Source of the DNA: Psilocybe cubensis
Taxonomy: Eukaryota
Length of the DNA: 64,000 bases
Direction: 5' to 3'
Assembly (NCBI GenBank): GCA_017499595.2
Contig: CM039007.1
Coordinates: forward strand, 434,001-498,000
Under the pieces are notes generated by a model, which was given only the letters and a program-made list of their open reading frames with translations, made no database searches and had not been told where the DNA came from. Made by a program: the position numbers and the translations under genes. Below are positions 40,801 to 54,398 of this stretch, piece after piece (the stretch's first letter is position 1; every line of letters begins with the position of its first letter).

Positions 40801-43800
40801 TCAACGTCGGGGACAACAGCATCCACTTGTACAGGCTCGGAAACAACATCCTCCCTGGTTTGGTCAAGTTGAATTGAAGTCGGTTCCTCCAGGGAGGGCG
40901 TTTCATCGGTCACATCGACTGCAACTTCCGACGGTACAGGGGCTGGTTCAGCCAAGAGATTGTGTTCTGCGACGTGATCAGGCTGAACTTCATCTCCAGA
41001 GTGATCAGCGGGATTGACTTCGAAGGATGATTCCTCCAGAATATCGGAGGATGCATGCTCCAGTACCTCCGCCTCTTCTGCATTGAGTTCGTCGTCGAGC
41101 GGAGGAATGGCATTCAAAACCTGAGAAGGAACAATCTCCTCAACCGGAATGACGACTTCTGTCGGCTCGGAATCTGCAGAAGCTTCGGGTTCGGTATCAG
41201 AGGCGATCTTGTCGATGGTGACCCACGAATCAGGCTCCGCAGATGGGGTCTCAGAAAGAGCTTGAGTAGCCTCGGGTTCATTTTGCTGAGCTATAGCTTG
41301 CTCAACGATGGGTGCGGCTTGAGCCTCGGCGATGGCTTCTTCCAACGTGACTGATTGAGATTCCTGTTCATGTTCAGAAACAGTTGAGGTGCCGATTTCG
41401 ACAGGAACCGAAGACGGGTCAGCGAGGGTTACAGAATCTTCCTCAGCAGTTTGAATAACGGTTGACAGTGTTAGAACATCCACCGTTTGAACAACCTCTG
41501 GTACCTCTACATCAGTGCCTGAAACTGAATGCTCCGCAACAGGCTCCTCAGCATGGGTTGCAAGAGGCTCGGCATCCTGGATGTGGTCCTCAATCACTGG
41601 TGTTGGTGGCGCCTCCACGATAGGAATATTCTCGATGACGGGCGCCATTTCTTCAACCACAGGGGTTTCTCTTTCCACAACGGCCGGTGTTTCCTCCAGA
41701 ACAACTGGTGAGTCCTCAATCACTGGTACTTTCTCTCCGGCAGCCGGAGTTTCCTCAACAACAGGTGATTCCTCGATGACTGGTGCAACCTCGTCAAGAG
41801 CTGATTTCTCCTCCACTGCAACAGAAATGACGGGCGCTTCTTCGACGACCGGTGCCTCCTCGACCAGTTGTGCTTCCTCGACCACTGATGCTTCCTCGAC
41901 TACTGCGGCTTCCTCGATTATTGGTGCTTTCTCAACAGCAGCCGGTGTTTCCTCAACGTCAACTACAGGTGTTTCTTCCTCCTTAACGTCTGGTTCCTTC
42001 TCAACTGCTGGCGCCTCCTCCACGACTACTGGTGCTTCCTCCTTGACCACTGGTGATTCCTCGACCACTGGTACTTCCTCAACCGCCAGTGTTTTCTCCT
42101 CGACGGCTGGTGTTCCCTCAACAACTGGCGCTTCCTCCTCGACGACAGGTGTGTCCTCCACAACAGCAGATTTCTCCTCTACTGCAACGGAACTTACCTC
42201 GTCAACAATCGCTTCTTCCTCTGCACGAACTGCCGCATGTTCATCAACAATCTCCCGCTCAACAACCGGTTCTTCTCCCACCACAACGTCCTCCTCAACG
42301 ACTGGCTGTGCTTCCTCGACAGCTGGGGGTTCAGGCGATGCTTGTTCGGTGACTTCTTGCTCCTTGTCCGTAACCCTTGGTTCTTCCTCAATGCTCTCCT
42401 GCGCGGCGTCAACATCAACTAAGGGAGTTTCGGTAATCGAGGTTGGCGCCTCGGTAAGATCTGCTGCCTCAACAGGCGCAAATTCTTCAACATTCGACGT
42501 GGCGACTTCGTCAATGACGGCAGCGGTTTCAGTTGTCGTAGATGGCAATTCGTCAACAGCGGCGGGCGCTTCAACAACGGGCGATTCGAGTTCGTTTGAT
42601 TCAACCACTACCTCTGCAACCTCGGCAGGGTGTTCTTCCACAGGTTCCTCAACGGCAGGTTTGTCCACAACGGTAGGAGCTGTGACAACAGGTTCTTCGG
42701 CCGCAGTAGCAGGCGGCGGCACAGACTCGACAATTGCACTGGCATGCTCTTCAGAGACTTGTTCAAGAAGCGGAACATCTGTTTCCACGTCTGTGATGAC
42801 TGGCGGTCCGGGCTCGACGACAACGAATTCATCTTGAGCTTCGGGCACGACAAGGTCAGCGTTTACAGCAGGAGCAATAGCTTCAGCTGTTGGAACTTGA
42901 GGCTCTGGTACAGATTCGTCCGCTTCAGCAGTAGCCACCGCCGATGGAGCTTCAGCAACTGCAACTTGAGATTCAGAAACCGGAACTTCAGTTACAGTTG
43001 CATTATCGTCAGTCGATGCATCCTGTGTAAGCACTTCTTCGACAACGGGGGCTTGAGGTTCCGTAGAAGTGAGTTCTGGTTCCACAGTTGTTTCCTGAGC
43101 CTCGGACACAGAGGACACATCCGTCGAAGGTAGCAGTTTGGAGACGGGGGCTTGGATCTCTTCAACTGCAGCTTCATGTTTAGCTTCAACGGGTGCTTCA
43201 AGAACAGGGGCCTCGACTTCCGTTGCAAGAACTTCGGGTTCAGAGATAGCAGGAGCCTCAGTGACAGGAGGAGAGACTTCTGCAGCTGGTGCTGCGGATT
43301 CTGCAACTGCAGCAGGAGTCTCGCTGACTGGTGCAGGCTCCTCAACAGCTGGTGCTGGTGCTTCGGATTCTGCAACGGCAGCAGGAGTCTCGCTGACGGT
43401 GGCAGGTTCCTCAACAGCTGGCGCTGGTGTCTCTGCCTGAGTTTCGACAGCTGGCTCCGGAACCTCAGCGGCAGGAGCAGCAGCTTTAGCAGCAGCAGCT
43501 CCAGCGATTGCAGCTGTAATCGCTGCTCCAGCCGCAATAGCAGCCGTCTCGAGGTCTGGCGTGTCGGTCGTATCAGCAGGCTGCTTCGCGGCCTCGACAG
43601 GTTTCTCGATAGGCTTCTGCGCCTTCTCCGCTTTGGACGACTTGGACTTGGACGGCGCAGCCTTCAGCTGCACAACCTCCTGCTTAGCCTGCTCGGCGGG
43701 CTCCTCGATAAGCTCGCCCATCTCGCCAACATTCAGCGCTCTCTCCTTCTTCTTGCCTTTCTGCGACGACTGTGACGAGCTCGATGCAGTGCGCGACATG

Positions 43801-46089
43801 CTCCAGAAGCTGAAGCGGTTTCTGCCCGACGTCGAGAGCGCAGGGGAGACGGGGCGCGCAGATTCCGGGCGCGGGACAGCTGACGGCGATGGTGGTGGCG
43901 CGGGCCGCACAGTGAATGCCTGTTCAAGAACAAGCCACTTGAGCGTCTTCTGCTTGCCGCCCTCTTGAACGGGGCCGTACAGAAGCTGCGGAACGAGGGT
44001 CGACTTGAACTTGCAGATGATAAAGGTCGGCCATGTCGCTGTGATAGGATCGAGCAGCGAGTCGCTCCAGAAATCGATGAACGCTTCGTCAAGCTCGATG
44101 ACTTCGAGCTTGGTAGCGCGGACGATGGCGGTCGCCTCCTTCTTGACAGGGTCTGCAGGCGGCGGGGGTGAGACGGGTGGCACAGGTTCGGCCGAAAAGT
44201 CGACGCTCTTCCTCGAAACGGCTTTGCCGCGCTTGCTCGACTTCCTCGAGAGCGTCGTGGTGACTGGAGTAGTCTTCTCCAGATCCGTGTCGAATAGCGT
44301 CGACACGAGCGGGGCCATTGCAGGCGTCGAGTCGAGGAAACCAGACGCTGAGAACTGCACCCAGTCACTGCCAATAGCAGACGTGGCTGGGGGCTCCGTG
44401 GCGGACTTGCTATGCTGATGCGACGGCCTGCTCTGCTCGCCAACAGAGAAGGAGTAGCCGCGAGACGGGGACGACACAGGTCTGTCGGTCTCGCCCACAG
44501 ACGCTGAGTGTCCGCGCGCAAGAGACGGCGAGAGCAGACTAAACACGGGCGATTTCGCCTCCTGTGCTTTCTCCGAGCCTTTGTCTGGGACGATGGAGAG
44601 GAACCGGATCGTCTCGTCGGCGAAGATGTTGCTGAGAGGCGATGGGTTGCTGCCTGTCTTCGACGCAGCTGTAATCTTCGCCCATAGCTCGGCGTATTCT
44701 CCACCTTCGACTTTAGTGGAAAACGCGTCGGCGAGAATGTTGAGAGGGTGGACCTTCAACTTAGGCTTGCGCCTCTCAGATGATAGTTCGACTTCAATGC
44801 GAACGTAAAGAGCGTCGTAGAGTCGGGTAGTGAAGTGTGGTGGGGATAAAAACTGTACATCCGTAGTAGGTGGTGAGAGTCCTTGGGTATATGGGTATCT
44901 TCGTACAAGTTCGAGTAGACGAACGGGCATGCGTTGGTCGGTAGATTCATCGCTGAGGAATCATGAGATAGGGGTCGTGCTGATAATAATAAAAAATGCA
45001 AACTCACCGAATTCGAGATAAGAACAAATGTTCGAGCATTCGACCCATGCGTTCCCATCTGGCATAGAAAGATTTCCAGTCATCTTTGTCCTCCACGCGT
45101 CTGGAGGTTAACAACCACAGACCGAAAATCTTCGAGAGTTTGCTGCCAGACGTGCTGTTGGCCTCGGAGTGTGCAGCAAGCGAGGAGAATATCTCCAAAG
45201 TAGCAACAAGGAGATCGAGATGCGCTTTTGGCAGGGCCGGAGCCAACTTCTCTGAAAAGGCTTTAGGGGGGTACTCCGCGGCTGCTTCTGCATCAAGGAA
45301 AGCCTTGTACCAGCCGTCGTCGGTCCCAAAGCTGTCGCCCTCCAGCTGGAGGTGACGGAGACCCCATCTGAGGACGGCCGCGACGTCATGGGGTGAACGG
45401 GTAGACTCGATCTCGGATTCAAAAGGTGACGAGACTAGCGCGGGAGTAAGTGAGATAGCGGTTAGCGGTGTTTTCGGTTCCATAGAATGTATGAATTGGG
45501 ATAGTAGTCTGCGTTGGACTTCCGGGGATGCGGAATACCAATGAGGGTGCATTACACCCAGTGTTTCGAGGCCTACATCGATAGTTAGAGACAAATCTAA
45601 ACTGATAATGAAAAAAACGTTACCTCTAGCTACAATAGCTTGAGAACAAGCCCTTATCAATACAAGAGCCTCAAGAGGATTTAAGCGACGTCGTCCAATA
45701 ATTGCATCGCTCAGAAGGATGTTGGCGTCGGGGTCGACCGATAAGAAAGATTCAAGTGTGCGCGACGAAGGCTCTCCATTCGACGTCGAAAAGTCGAGCG
45801 AAAGTTGGGGGAGAGGTATCGGGGCCTTGTACGAGACTTGCGGGGGGGACGGACGCGATTTGACTTTGAAAAGGGAGAATCGATTGTCCCTCTCCTTTTC
45901 CTTTTCCTTCCCATTCTCTCCCTCGGTCTTGGATCCCTCTAACTCAAGAAAATTGGCAGCACTGGGTGATACATTGGGTGAGATGGCTTCAAATTTACCA
46001 TCGAGCAGTTCTCCGGGGCGTAAAGTCGTGGGCGAAGTTTCCGCGTCCTTTTCCTTCCGTCCGAAGACTTTGGACAAAAACGAGTGCAT
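31881..46089 (-). CDS. Giant (~4,500 aa) Msb1/Mug8 (DUF1708, RhoGAP-like) domain protein with an enormous acidic E/V/A/P/T-rich repeat tail
   Basis: N-terminus MHSFLSKVFG..GLETLGVMHPHW..SPHDVAAVLRWGLRHL..LAAHSEANSTSGSKLSKIFG..LEHLFLSRIR, then ELDEAFIDFWSDSL..WLVLEQ; long minus-strand ORFs (1429, 593, 1311, 206, 694 aa) separated by short GT-AG introns; stop TAA at 31881. Confidence 0.85.
35100..38700 (-). repeat. Coding 18-nt minisatellite (GTTGAGGAGACACCTGCA-like, VEETPA)
   Basis: Long run of 6-aa units such as VEETPA/IEETPA/VEDTPA; most homogeneous at ~36300-37260. Confidence 0.95.
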
Positions 46090-47878
46090 CGCGTGTGCCT
46101 GCACATACAAAAAAAACAGATTGAGTAAGTGGAATTTCGCTTGGAAAAAAGGTGCGTGAACGTGTATCAGTGCACTTACAACCGTAATCCAAGGTCCTTG
46201 AGGCCTAGGACTGTTCCAATGGCTGGCCGGTAGGAGTCGTGGAGGAAAGGAAGGTTGCCTGCAGGCTGCCACGTGCCGTAACCGCGACTGACGGCGGACC
46301 TTGAAATCCCGGAGAAATCGGTGCGACCCTTGCTCGCTTAGCTGCTCCTTGGTTCGACCACTTCCAGGCCCAAGGGAACTTCCAGTGACACTAACAGCTC
46401 TCAAGGGTTTTTTCTCAGCACCGTATTGTCCATTTTCTCTCAATATCCTCTCTGGAATGTCCACTGTCAATATCTATCCGTCAAAAATATGTTTTGATTC
46501 TCGAACCATTTGTAATTTGGAACTTGTGCGTCCGAAAGGCACGACATCCCCTCGCAAACAATAAACCAACCATGCTGGGCTCTGGGTCCCATCTGCTTCC
46601 ATAGCGCCGTTCTCTAGCCGTTCAAATCACTTCGTGATCGAAGCATATGCCACTGTCAGACCTAATCCTGATAATGAACTCTGTGCGAAATGCTCTATTC
46701 GGGGGGCTGCATCACCGGTTCGGACCAGGCGAGCAGGCATTGGGGCTCGCGAGATAGCTATCAAGCAGTCCGAGTCGATGTCTGCTAACGGGACTGTATT
46801 CAATAAAGCTAGGCTCCAAAGTTTCATTGACCGTTTTCGAGTTTGTGTGACATGGTGCTTACCCTCGTCATATCCCGGGTCTACTACAGATCATTATAAG
46901 TAGCTGAATGATAATGTACGTCATTCTGTCCCCTGTAGAACAAACATTAACTTGATCTCTTCATAGACTTGTGTTGCTACCATTATATAATAGATTTCAA
47001 CCTTTCCAAAGCAATAAATTAATCATACCACCCACCGGGTATTGGCCATTCACCGAAATCATCCAATCTGCCACCATTCCTATCATATGTACGCTCAGCG
47101 ATGATATATTTTAACACAAAGCACCTCTAACTCCCCCTCGTCTGTCTACCATGACCCATTCCAACGGTGCACGTCCCTCCAATCCCAATCTTGGAACCAG
47201 ACCTCTCCCTCAAACCCACACAAGGCTTATTCTTCCACTACTTCAAACAAATTCAAACGTACCAGACATCGGCATACAACATATACATAGCTCAGACGTC
47301 ACAGTAAATAAGAACGGTCATCACCCAACCGAACACAACCCCGCTGATATCGACCTTATATCAGACGCTCACAGCCCAGCATTACCCTTCCCAGCATCAA
47401 CGACACCTGCCATACATAGACCTTCCCCGCCCACGCACGTCCTTTTAATCGATTTTTACCTTTCATCTATATTTTTCTCTGGGAATATCCTCTCCGCAAC
47501 AAAATTCCGTCCCCTCTCCTGATTAACAGCCTGATATCTCATCGAACGGTTCTCCTATCGACCCAACAAATACGGTGCAGTGCTCAATTATCATCACTCA
47601 TCAACACGGCAGCATACCTCGCAGCAAAGCACGCCAATCCCCTCTACGAATATAGCAACTTCCTCTCTCGCAAAGGCCTATAAAAAGCCCTCGTGCCGTC
47701 CACATCTATTTGCAGCATCTCTGACTTGATCTTGATGCCCTCCCGAAGCAGTCTGTCCAAATACCCTTTGGGTGGTGGGGAGGGAATGTAAACATGTATA
47801 ATACCAGGATACCCACCGTATGCCTGAACCCCCCCCTCCTTGACAACACACCATTTTCATGCACCCTCCCCCTGCAGA

Positions 47879-49675
47879 ATGGCCTTCCCGCAGTTCCCGC
47901 CGCTGACGCTCGTTCTCGCCGCCACCGCCGCCTTGCACGGTGCGCTCCTCGTCACCGCGCAGACCACTCACACGGTAAGCACAATACCCACGAAAATGAC
48001 TCCTGCTGCACGGTGATTCTACGCTAAGCTCTGTTTGGTATTGGTATCGGGATTGGAACTGTTTAGGTGAAAGTCGGCCTCCAGGGAAGCTTCTTCGATC
48101 CCGCAACCATATCCGCTGGGTTAAATGACACAATCACATTCATTTTCGCGGGATTGTAAGTGTGTACCTGATCCACGTCTCCCAGCCTCAGTTTGACTTT
48201 CCTATTCCTATTCCTTTTTCTTTTCCGCAGCTTTCATACTGTTACACAATCGAGCTTTGCCAACCCTTGCTCGCCCCTTCCGGGGGGCTTCAGCAGTGGT
48301 CCTGCTGGGACGCAGAATAACGACACGCAGCATCCTATGACATGGGATCTGCACATCACAAATGTCAGCGAACGTAAGTCCCACAGCAACCAAATTTCAG
48401 AATTCGCGAACCAGGACGACTAATGATTACCATCTGAATGTCTTTCTGTCGGTCTTACATAGCCATCTGGTTCTTCTGCGAGATGACACAGCCAACATCT
48501 CATTGCGCGGTTTCCGGCATGGTTGGGTAAGAAATGTCCACAGTATCTTGATGAATGCAAAGGAATTCATAGACGGTATATCAGCGTTATCAACCCCCCG
48601 AGCATTGCTGCGTACACAAGTTTCAGAGCAGCAGCACAGCAGGTGACAGGAACGCCCCAAGTAAGCGCAGACCCCTCCCAACACTAACCACCCAACCACA
48701 ACCACACCCACTAACAAACCAAAACCTCCCCAGCCTAACTTCCAAATAGCGCTGACAGGCATAGGCGCCTTTGCCACCCAAACACCCGCAATCCCATCCA
48801 CGCCCGTCTCCATCCCTCCCTCCACCCCAACCCCCTCCGACTCCTCCACCTCCTCCTCAACAACAAGCTCCTCCACCACCTCTCCCTCCGACACATCCAC
48901 CGCCGCCGCCGCCCACTCCTCCTCCTCCTCACACCTCGGCGCAATCGTCGGAGGCGCCGTAGGCGGCGCCGCCGTCCTCATCCTCGGCCTCATCCTCATC
49001 CTCTGGCTCCTGCGCGTCCAAAAATCGCGACGCACAGGCCCACCCGGCGCACCGGACTCGCCCACCTCGGACGACGCCAACTTCTTCCGGTACAACCCCG
49101 CGCCAGTACGCCGCAGGCCCAGCGAGGCGTTCGCCGAGGCGAAGCAGCTCGAAGCCGCGCGCAGCCTCAGCGCCACGCGCCAGGCAACACCCACGCCCGC
49201 CCCCGCGTCCGCCCCGTCGATGTCGATGTCGATGTCGATGTCGCCTAATAGACGCGGCGAGGTCGTGCAGCAGCCGCAGTTCCCCCCGGGTGTGCCGAGG
49301 ACGTTGATGGTCGAACCGCACATGCTGGACAGGCAGACGTCGTTCGGGTCCACTGCGATGTCCTTCACTGGTAACTCCAGCGCTGGGGCAGCGTCCGTGG
49401 ATCATCACCAGCAGATGCAGCAAACTGCGAACCTGAACATCCATGCGCTTGCGAGCGAGGTCGCTGGGATCCTGCGGCAGCCCGCGAACACAGCACCAGT
49501 AGCTGCGCACCCGACTCAAGAGGGCACCCCGCGGAGCATCCGCAAGCTCGCGTCGGACAGCAGCAGATTCGGCGCGGAGAGTATCCATCGCACCGAGAGC
49601 CCGCTCAGCCCGCCTGCGTATCGCACCACCGTCGTATCCCAACAGACGCTCCCTGACACACGTCCACATACCTGA
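47879..49675 (+). CDS. Cupredoxin-domain single-pass membrane protein (signal peptide, cupredoxin, S/T/P stalk, TM, cytoplasmic tail)
   Basis: MAFPQFPPLTLVLAATAAL..|VKVGLQGSFFDP..|FHTVTQSSFANPC..|IWFFCEMTQPTSHCAVSGMVG; TM GAIVGGAVGGAAVLILGLILILWLLRVQKSRR. Confidence 0.85.
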
Positions 49676-50997
49676 AAAACAACTCTGGATTTTTTTTATT
49701 TTTTGATATATATTATACATACATACAGAAATTGCCCTCTTTTTCTGTTTTTTTGACTTTTCTAGTCAGTCGCGCTCACGCTTTTGTGTGTGTGTGTGTT
49801 GCTTTTTTCGTTGCGTCTCTCATCTGATCTTGCTCTCATTTACTCTCATTATATTTCTTTATATTCACTTCACTTCCCCCTCACGATCCACTCACACTAT
49901 GTAGTAGTACCACCTCACCCCTCTACCCCCCTCACAAAACAGCAGGTAGCAAGTAAGTAACGCCAACCCGACACAAATATATCACTCCGCAGACGGACAT
50001 ACTTATAGACATGACGGCTGTAATGCAAAACACATTGACCATTATACAGTTCATCAATGTTTGACCCAGTAATAGATGCGAACTCTCCCATACACACAGG
50101 TAAAACCTGGTAGAGCCCCAAGGATTTCACAGCGTGCCGACGGAACAGATGCAGGTCTAGACTTCGAGGAAGATGTCAGAAGGCCGGGTATAGCGCTTTT
50201 CTATTGCGACATACAGTACCACCAGACGACAGATGCTGTGAGACGTTCTAGCAACAACCACAAGTCAGCGCGAATATGACTTGTGTCCGAGTAATTAAGA
50301 GGATCTGCATCGATACCGCCGACGAGATCTTCAGGGGGGTGTTGCGTTGCCGTCGATTAATCCATACCCAGTCTTCCACCCAACCACAGCAGCTGAATTT
50401 AGAATATCAGCGCACAAGGCAAAGGTCCATATATACCACACTGGGAACATCAATGTCAATTTTAAAAAAATAAACTCCCACCCAGAATTGAAACCACCCC
50501 AGCGGCGCTCCTTCAAGCTGAGGCGCAGTCTTTAGCCTGAGGTTCGCCTTATGATCTTCCACGACAAAAGATAAGTGAGATAGACGATAAGTCAAATATA
50601 CATTACACAATTTGAAGAGACAAGATACAAAAACAACAGATAGAGTTCCAACGGTAGCATGCAGCAGGTATTTTGGCGGAGTTGCTAGACGAGCCTCCCA
50701 TCCCATCCAGTCCAGTCCAAAGTAGCAGGCAGAGAAAACAGAAAATAAAAAAGAAATCTAGCTGTATAGAAGTATAATCAGCTATCAAATTAACCATTCG
50801 ACTTGGAAGCGCACAGAAAATGATAATGACAAGTCGACCAAAAAATCAAGCAAAACACATACCATAGTTCATGATCATCACACCAACGCCCGCTGTCCGC
50901 CCTTTCAACGTCCATCCGTCCATCTTTCACCGTCACCATCACCGTCACCATCACCAGTCACCGTCACCGTTCACCAGTCACACCCCAGCGCCCACGC

Positions 50998-51792
50998 TCA
51001 CGTCGACCCGCCAACGAGCTGTCCCACCGCATTCGCATCAGTCCCCGTCCCCACCGCCCCCGCCACAGCCGTCGCCGCCGACTCCGTAGGCCTCCCAATC
51101 ACACCCCCCTGCGTCGGCGTCGCGCCCTGCGACGGCCCCGGCTGCGGCTGCGGCGCGTTCGGGTCACCCACACCCTGCGACGCGCCCGTCCCCGCACTCG
51201 TGCTCGTGCTCGTCCCCGTCCCCGTCCCCGTCCCCGTTGTGCTGGAACTCGAGCCGTCCGAGGAAACCTGCGGCGGCGCCCCACTCCCATTACCATTCCC
51301 ACCATCATCCGGCCCAGTCGGCGCAACGACCGCATCGCTCCCATGCTTCTTCTTCGACCCGCCCACGCCCCCGCCCACCGCCGCCGCTATCACCACGACG
51401 AGTGCAATGACGATGATAACGATGCCCTTGCGTGTGCGGTAGAACGGCTGTCGCTGCTGCATTCTGTGGGCGTTGGCGGTTGTGTGCGTGGGGTTGGCGG
51501 TGGGTGGAAGGGCGGCTTCGAGGTCGGACCCTTGCTGTGTGGGCGTGCTCGGTTTTTCGACGAGGAGGTCCGGGTTGTATCCGCTCTGTGTGGAAATTCC
51601 ATATGGTTCGTGTGTTCAGCTTTCACGACGTAGAAAAGGAAACGGGAGCAAAAAAAACCGAAAGCAAACCAGAAGCTAAAAACAAAACAAAAAGAAAGAA
51701 AGGCTCACCTGAAGCTGCGCCTTGGTCGCCGCAGGCGCAGACGCCAACAGCGCCGCGTCATATTCCTGCTGATGTCCTCCATTAGACGCCAT
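50998..51792 (-). CDS. Small type II single-pass membrane protein
   Basis: MASNGGHQQEYDAALLASAPAATKAQLQ|SGYNPDLL..PFYRTRKGIVIIVIALVVVIAAAVGGGVGG followed by a G/S/T-rich tail. Confidence 0.75.
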
Positions 51793-54398
51793 CGTATGTT
51801 TTTCTTTTCTTTCTTCTCTTCTCTCTATCCCTTTATCACTTTATCTCTGCCCCGTCAAATATCAAGCCTGGTGTGCGATATCAGAACCGGCTCCTGGTCG
51901 GATCTAAAAGCCAAAGGTGAGAGCTGAGCGCCGAGCTGCTGAAGAACGGACAACGGACGAGGAGGTAGAGGAAGAGGAAGAGGAAGAAAACACGAAACGC
52001 CAGTCAAAGCCCAATCCAATCCAATACGGAGGGGATCAAAAAGCGAAGCGAATCAAAGGTACGTACAGCCTCACAGGATCAATTCCAAATTCAATTATGT
52101 CGCGGGAGGAGCGGGCGGCCAGCGCACGCCTGTCCTGTCCATCTGTCCGACCTGCTCGGCGGTATGTATAGTATAGTATAGTATGCGTGGGTGCAACAAG
52201 TAAGTGCACCTTGACAAATTTACAAAACCTATAATTATATGTGGCAAATCGTGATCATAAATATAAGCTATCGTATCATTCGCATTGGCCTTTTCCGTGT
52301 CCTTTGCTGCAGTACAGTATATCGCATTGTAAGAAGCATCCGAGGCATCCATCCATGATTCCATCCCAGACGCCCGAAGACAGAATCCGCAAATTAAGCA
52401 CGACGCACGAAGCACGCGCAGAGCGCTGAGAGTTGAGCGCTTGAATTTCTATAGCGCTAAAGCTTGAAAGCGACCCCAGTATTTATTTCTCTTTAGGAAA
52501 TCCGTCTCATTCAGCATGTCGTGTAGGTCCTTCTTTTTTGGCCTTGTCACATTCTTTATCATAATTCCCGTCGTCCCAAAATCAGCATTACGCTTCTGAA
52601 CTAACGAAAACGTATCTCTGCGCTGCTTTCTTATGCGTATTGGTAATTTTCCATTTTATTCCTCTCGTTCATTCTGCAATCACCATCGTTCATCGCCGTA
52701 ATGATATCAGAAGCGGGCGCATCCATACGGCCTAACAGCCCTGAACCGAGTATCATACTTTCACCTTCCTCCCTTGTTCCATCCGCACCTACTAGCATGT
52801 AGACAATACTATATACAAAACATGCATATATTTATATCTAGCGCCGATAGCCTTTTTCATATAAGCACCAAAAAATCGATATCAATATAACGACCACGAT
52901 GAAGTTGAACAACGACAAAGGTTAACCCTAAACATATACAACCCCCAAAAACCAAATACGAAGAGGAAAAAAAAAAAGACACTCAAAAAGCCCAACAAAA
53001 GACCCAAAAAAAAAAAAAGAATTCCCAAGAACCCAAACCCAAAGACCCAAAGCCCCCCAAAGAAACAAAACGAATCGCATAAAACAAAGTCATATGCCCA
53101 AAAGCCCAAAAGCCCAAAAAAGTGTATCTATGTAGAAATAGCAAGTACTCCAAATGAAGAAAAAAAAAGAGACGTATATAAGCACCCAAGCACCCAAAAG
53201 AGAAACATCTAAGCCCGTGTAAACCAAAGTGAAAATGAGAAGTGAAGCCGCAGTAAATCAGTACAACCCATACAAAAGCACAAGACCCAAACGCCAGGTG
53301 CTAGCGATCCCCGCATCGCACCGCCCTAGACCCTAATACCGCAATACTCGTCCAAATCAAAATAAAAAAGGGGAAGAACAGTCCTACTCCCGGTACCGGT
53401 ACCAGCCCCAGCCCCAGCCCAATCCTGCTCCTAGTCGCTCGCATAAGGTACAGATACAGACATAGATCATGGAAACGGATGTGGAGACAAATATGGATGC
53501 GGACAGGGATGCAGATGCGAATGTGGTAGGCAGGTACAAAAGCACTGCACCAGCGAAGTGAATGATCATCGTTATTTGCCGGTCGACACAAAGGCGATGA
53601 GGCAGCGAAGTGGATATTCATCATTATCTGCGTCGTGACACCGAAAATGTCCAGGAATATCTTGTGTAAGTCCCGCGGATAATGGTCAATGGATATGGAT
53701 ATAGACCGTCGGTTCTCGCAATCTCGCAGGCTCGCACCATTCAAAAAGCAGCATCAAGCATCGAAACGCAATAGGGGAGGGGGAGGGGGAGGGGGAGGGA
53801 AACAGGGAAGGCGAATGCACGAGGCACTGGTATCAAAAAACACCGGAGAGGGGTAGCATGGAAAACTGGCAAGGGGTGGGGGACACTGCAGAGGGCGGGG
53901 AGCGCACCAGGGAGTGGGGACAACGAGAGGGATAGTATATCAAGCATAGGAAGCAGTGATAGGGAGCAGAGTAGCGTAGCGGGTAGAAAATTCGTGTGTG
54001 TGCATGTCAGAGTGACGATGGAAGAGGGAAGACTTAGCCCGAGACTGGGAGTGAAAGGGAGGAGAGGGAGGGTGGATTCGTGTTTTCGAGAGGATGGATA
54101 TGTGTGTGATTTGTGTTTTATGATTTATGGATTGTAATTTTGATTTGTGATTTGTAGTTTTTGGTTTTTGACGCCGTGTGAGGGCGTCGGTGTGGGTGTG
54201 TGATGGATGGTGACGGTGAACAATGCAATGAAGGCGAAGAAGAAGGGTTGATGTGGCATTAACGATGACGGTGAAGGCAAAGGTGACGGTAAAAGTTAGC
54301 GTGAAAGGCGGCGTGGGCGTGGCTTGGCACAACAAAACACACGTAGTATAGTATACGTAGCGCGCAGTGCAGCGTGCGTGAACTAACCTTGTGAGCAC

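Noticed and set aside
32359-43968. Long plus-strand ORFs (e.g. 35901-37568 AGVSST repeats, 36293-38239 LLNGRC repeats, 41515-42837)
   Set aside because: Antisense or alternate-frame shadows of the repetitive VEETPA coding sequence; no signal peptides or independent gene structure.
48427-49720. Minus-strand ORFs of 313 and 263 aa
   Set aside because: Antisense shadows of the GC-rich cupredoxin-TM gene.
52980-53200. CCCAAAA/AAAGCCC runs as telomeric repeats
   Set aside because: Irregular and not a TTAGGG-type array; simple low-complexity sequence.
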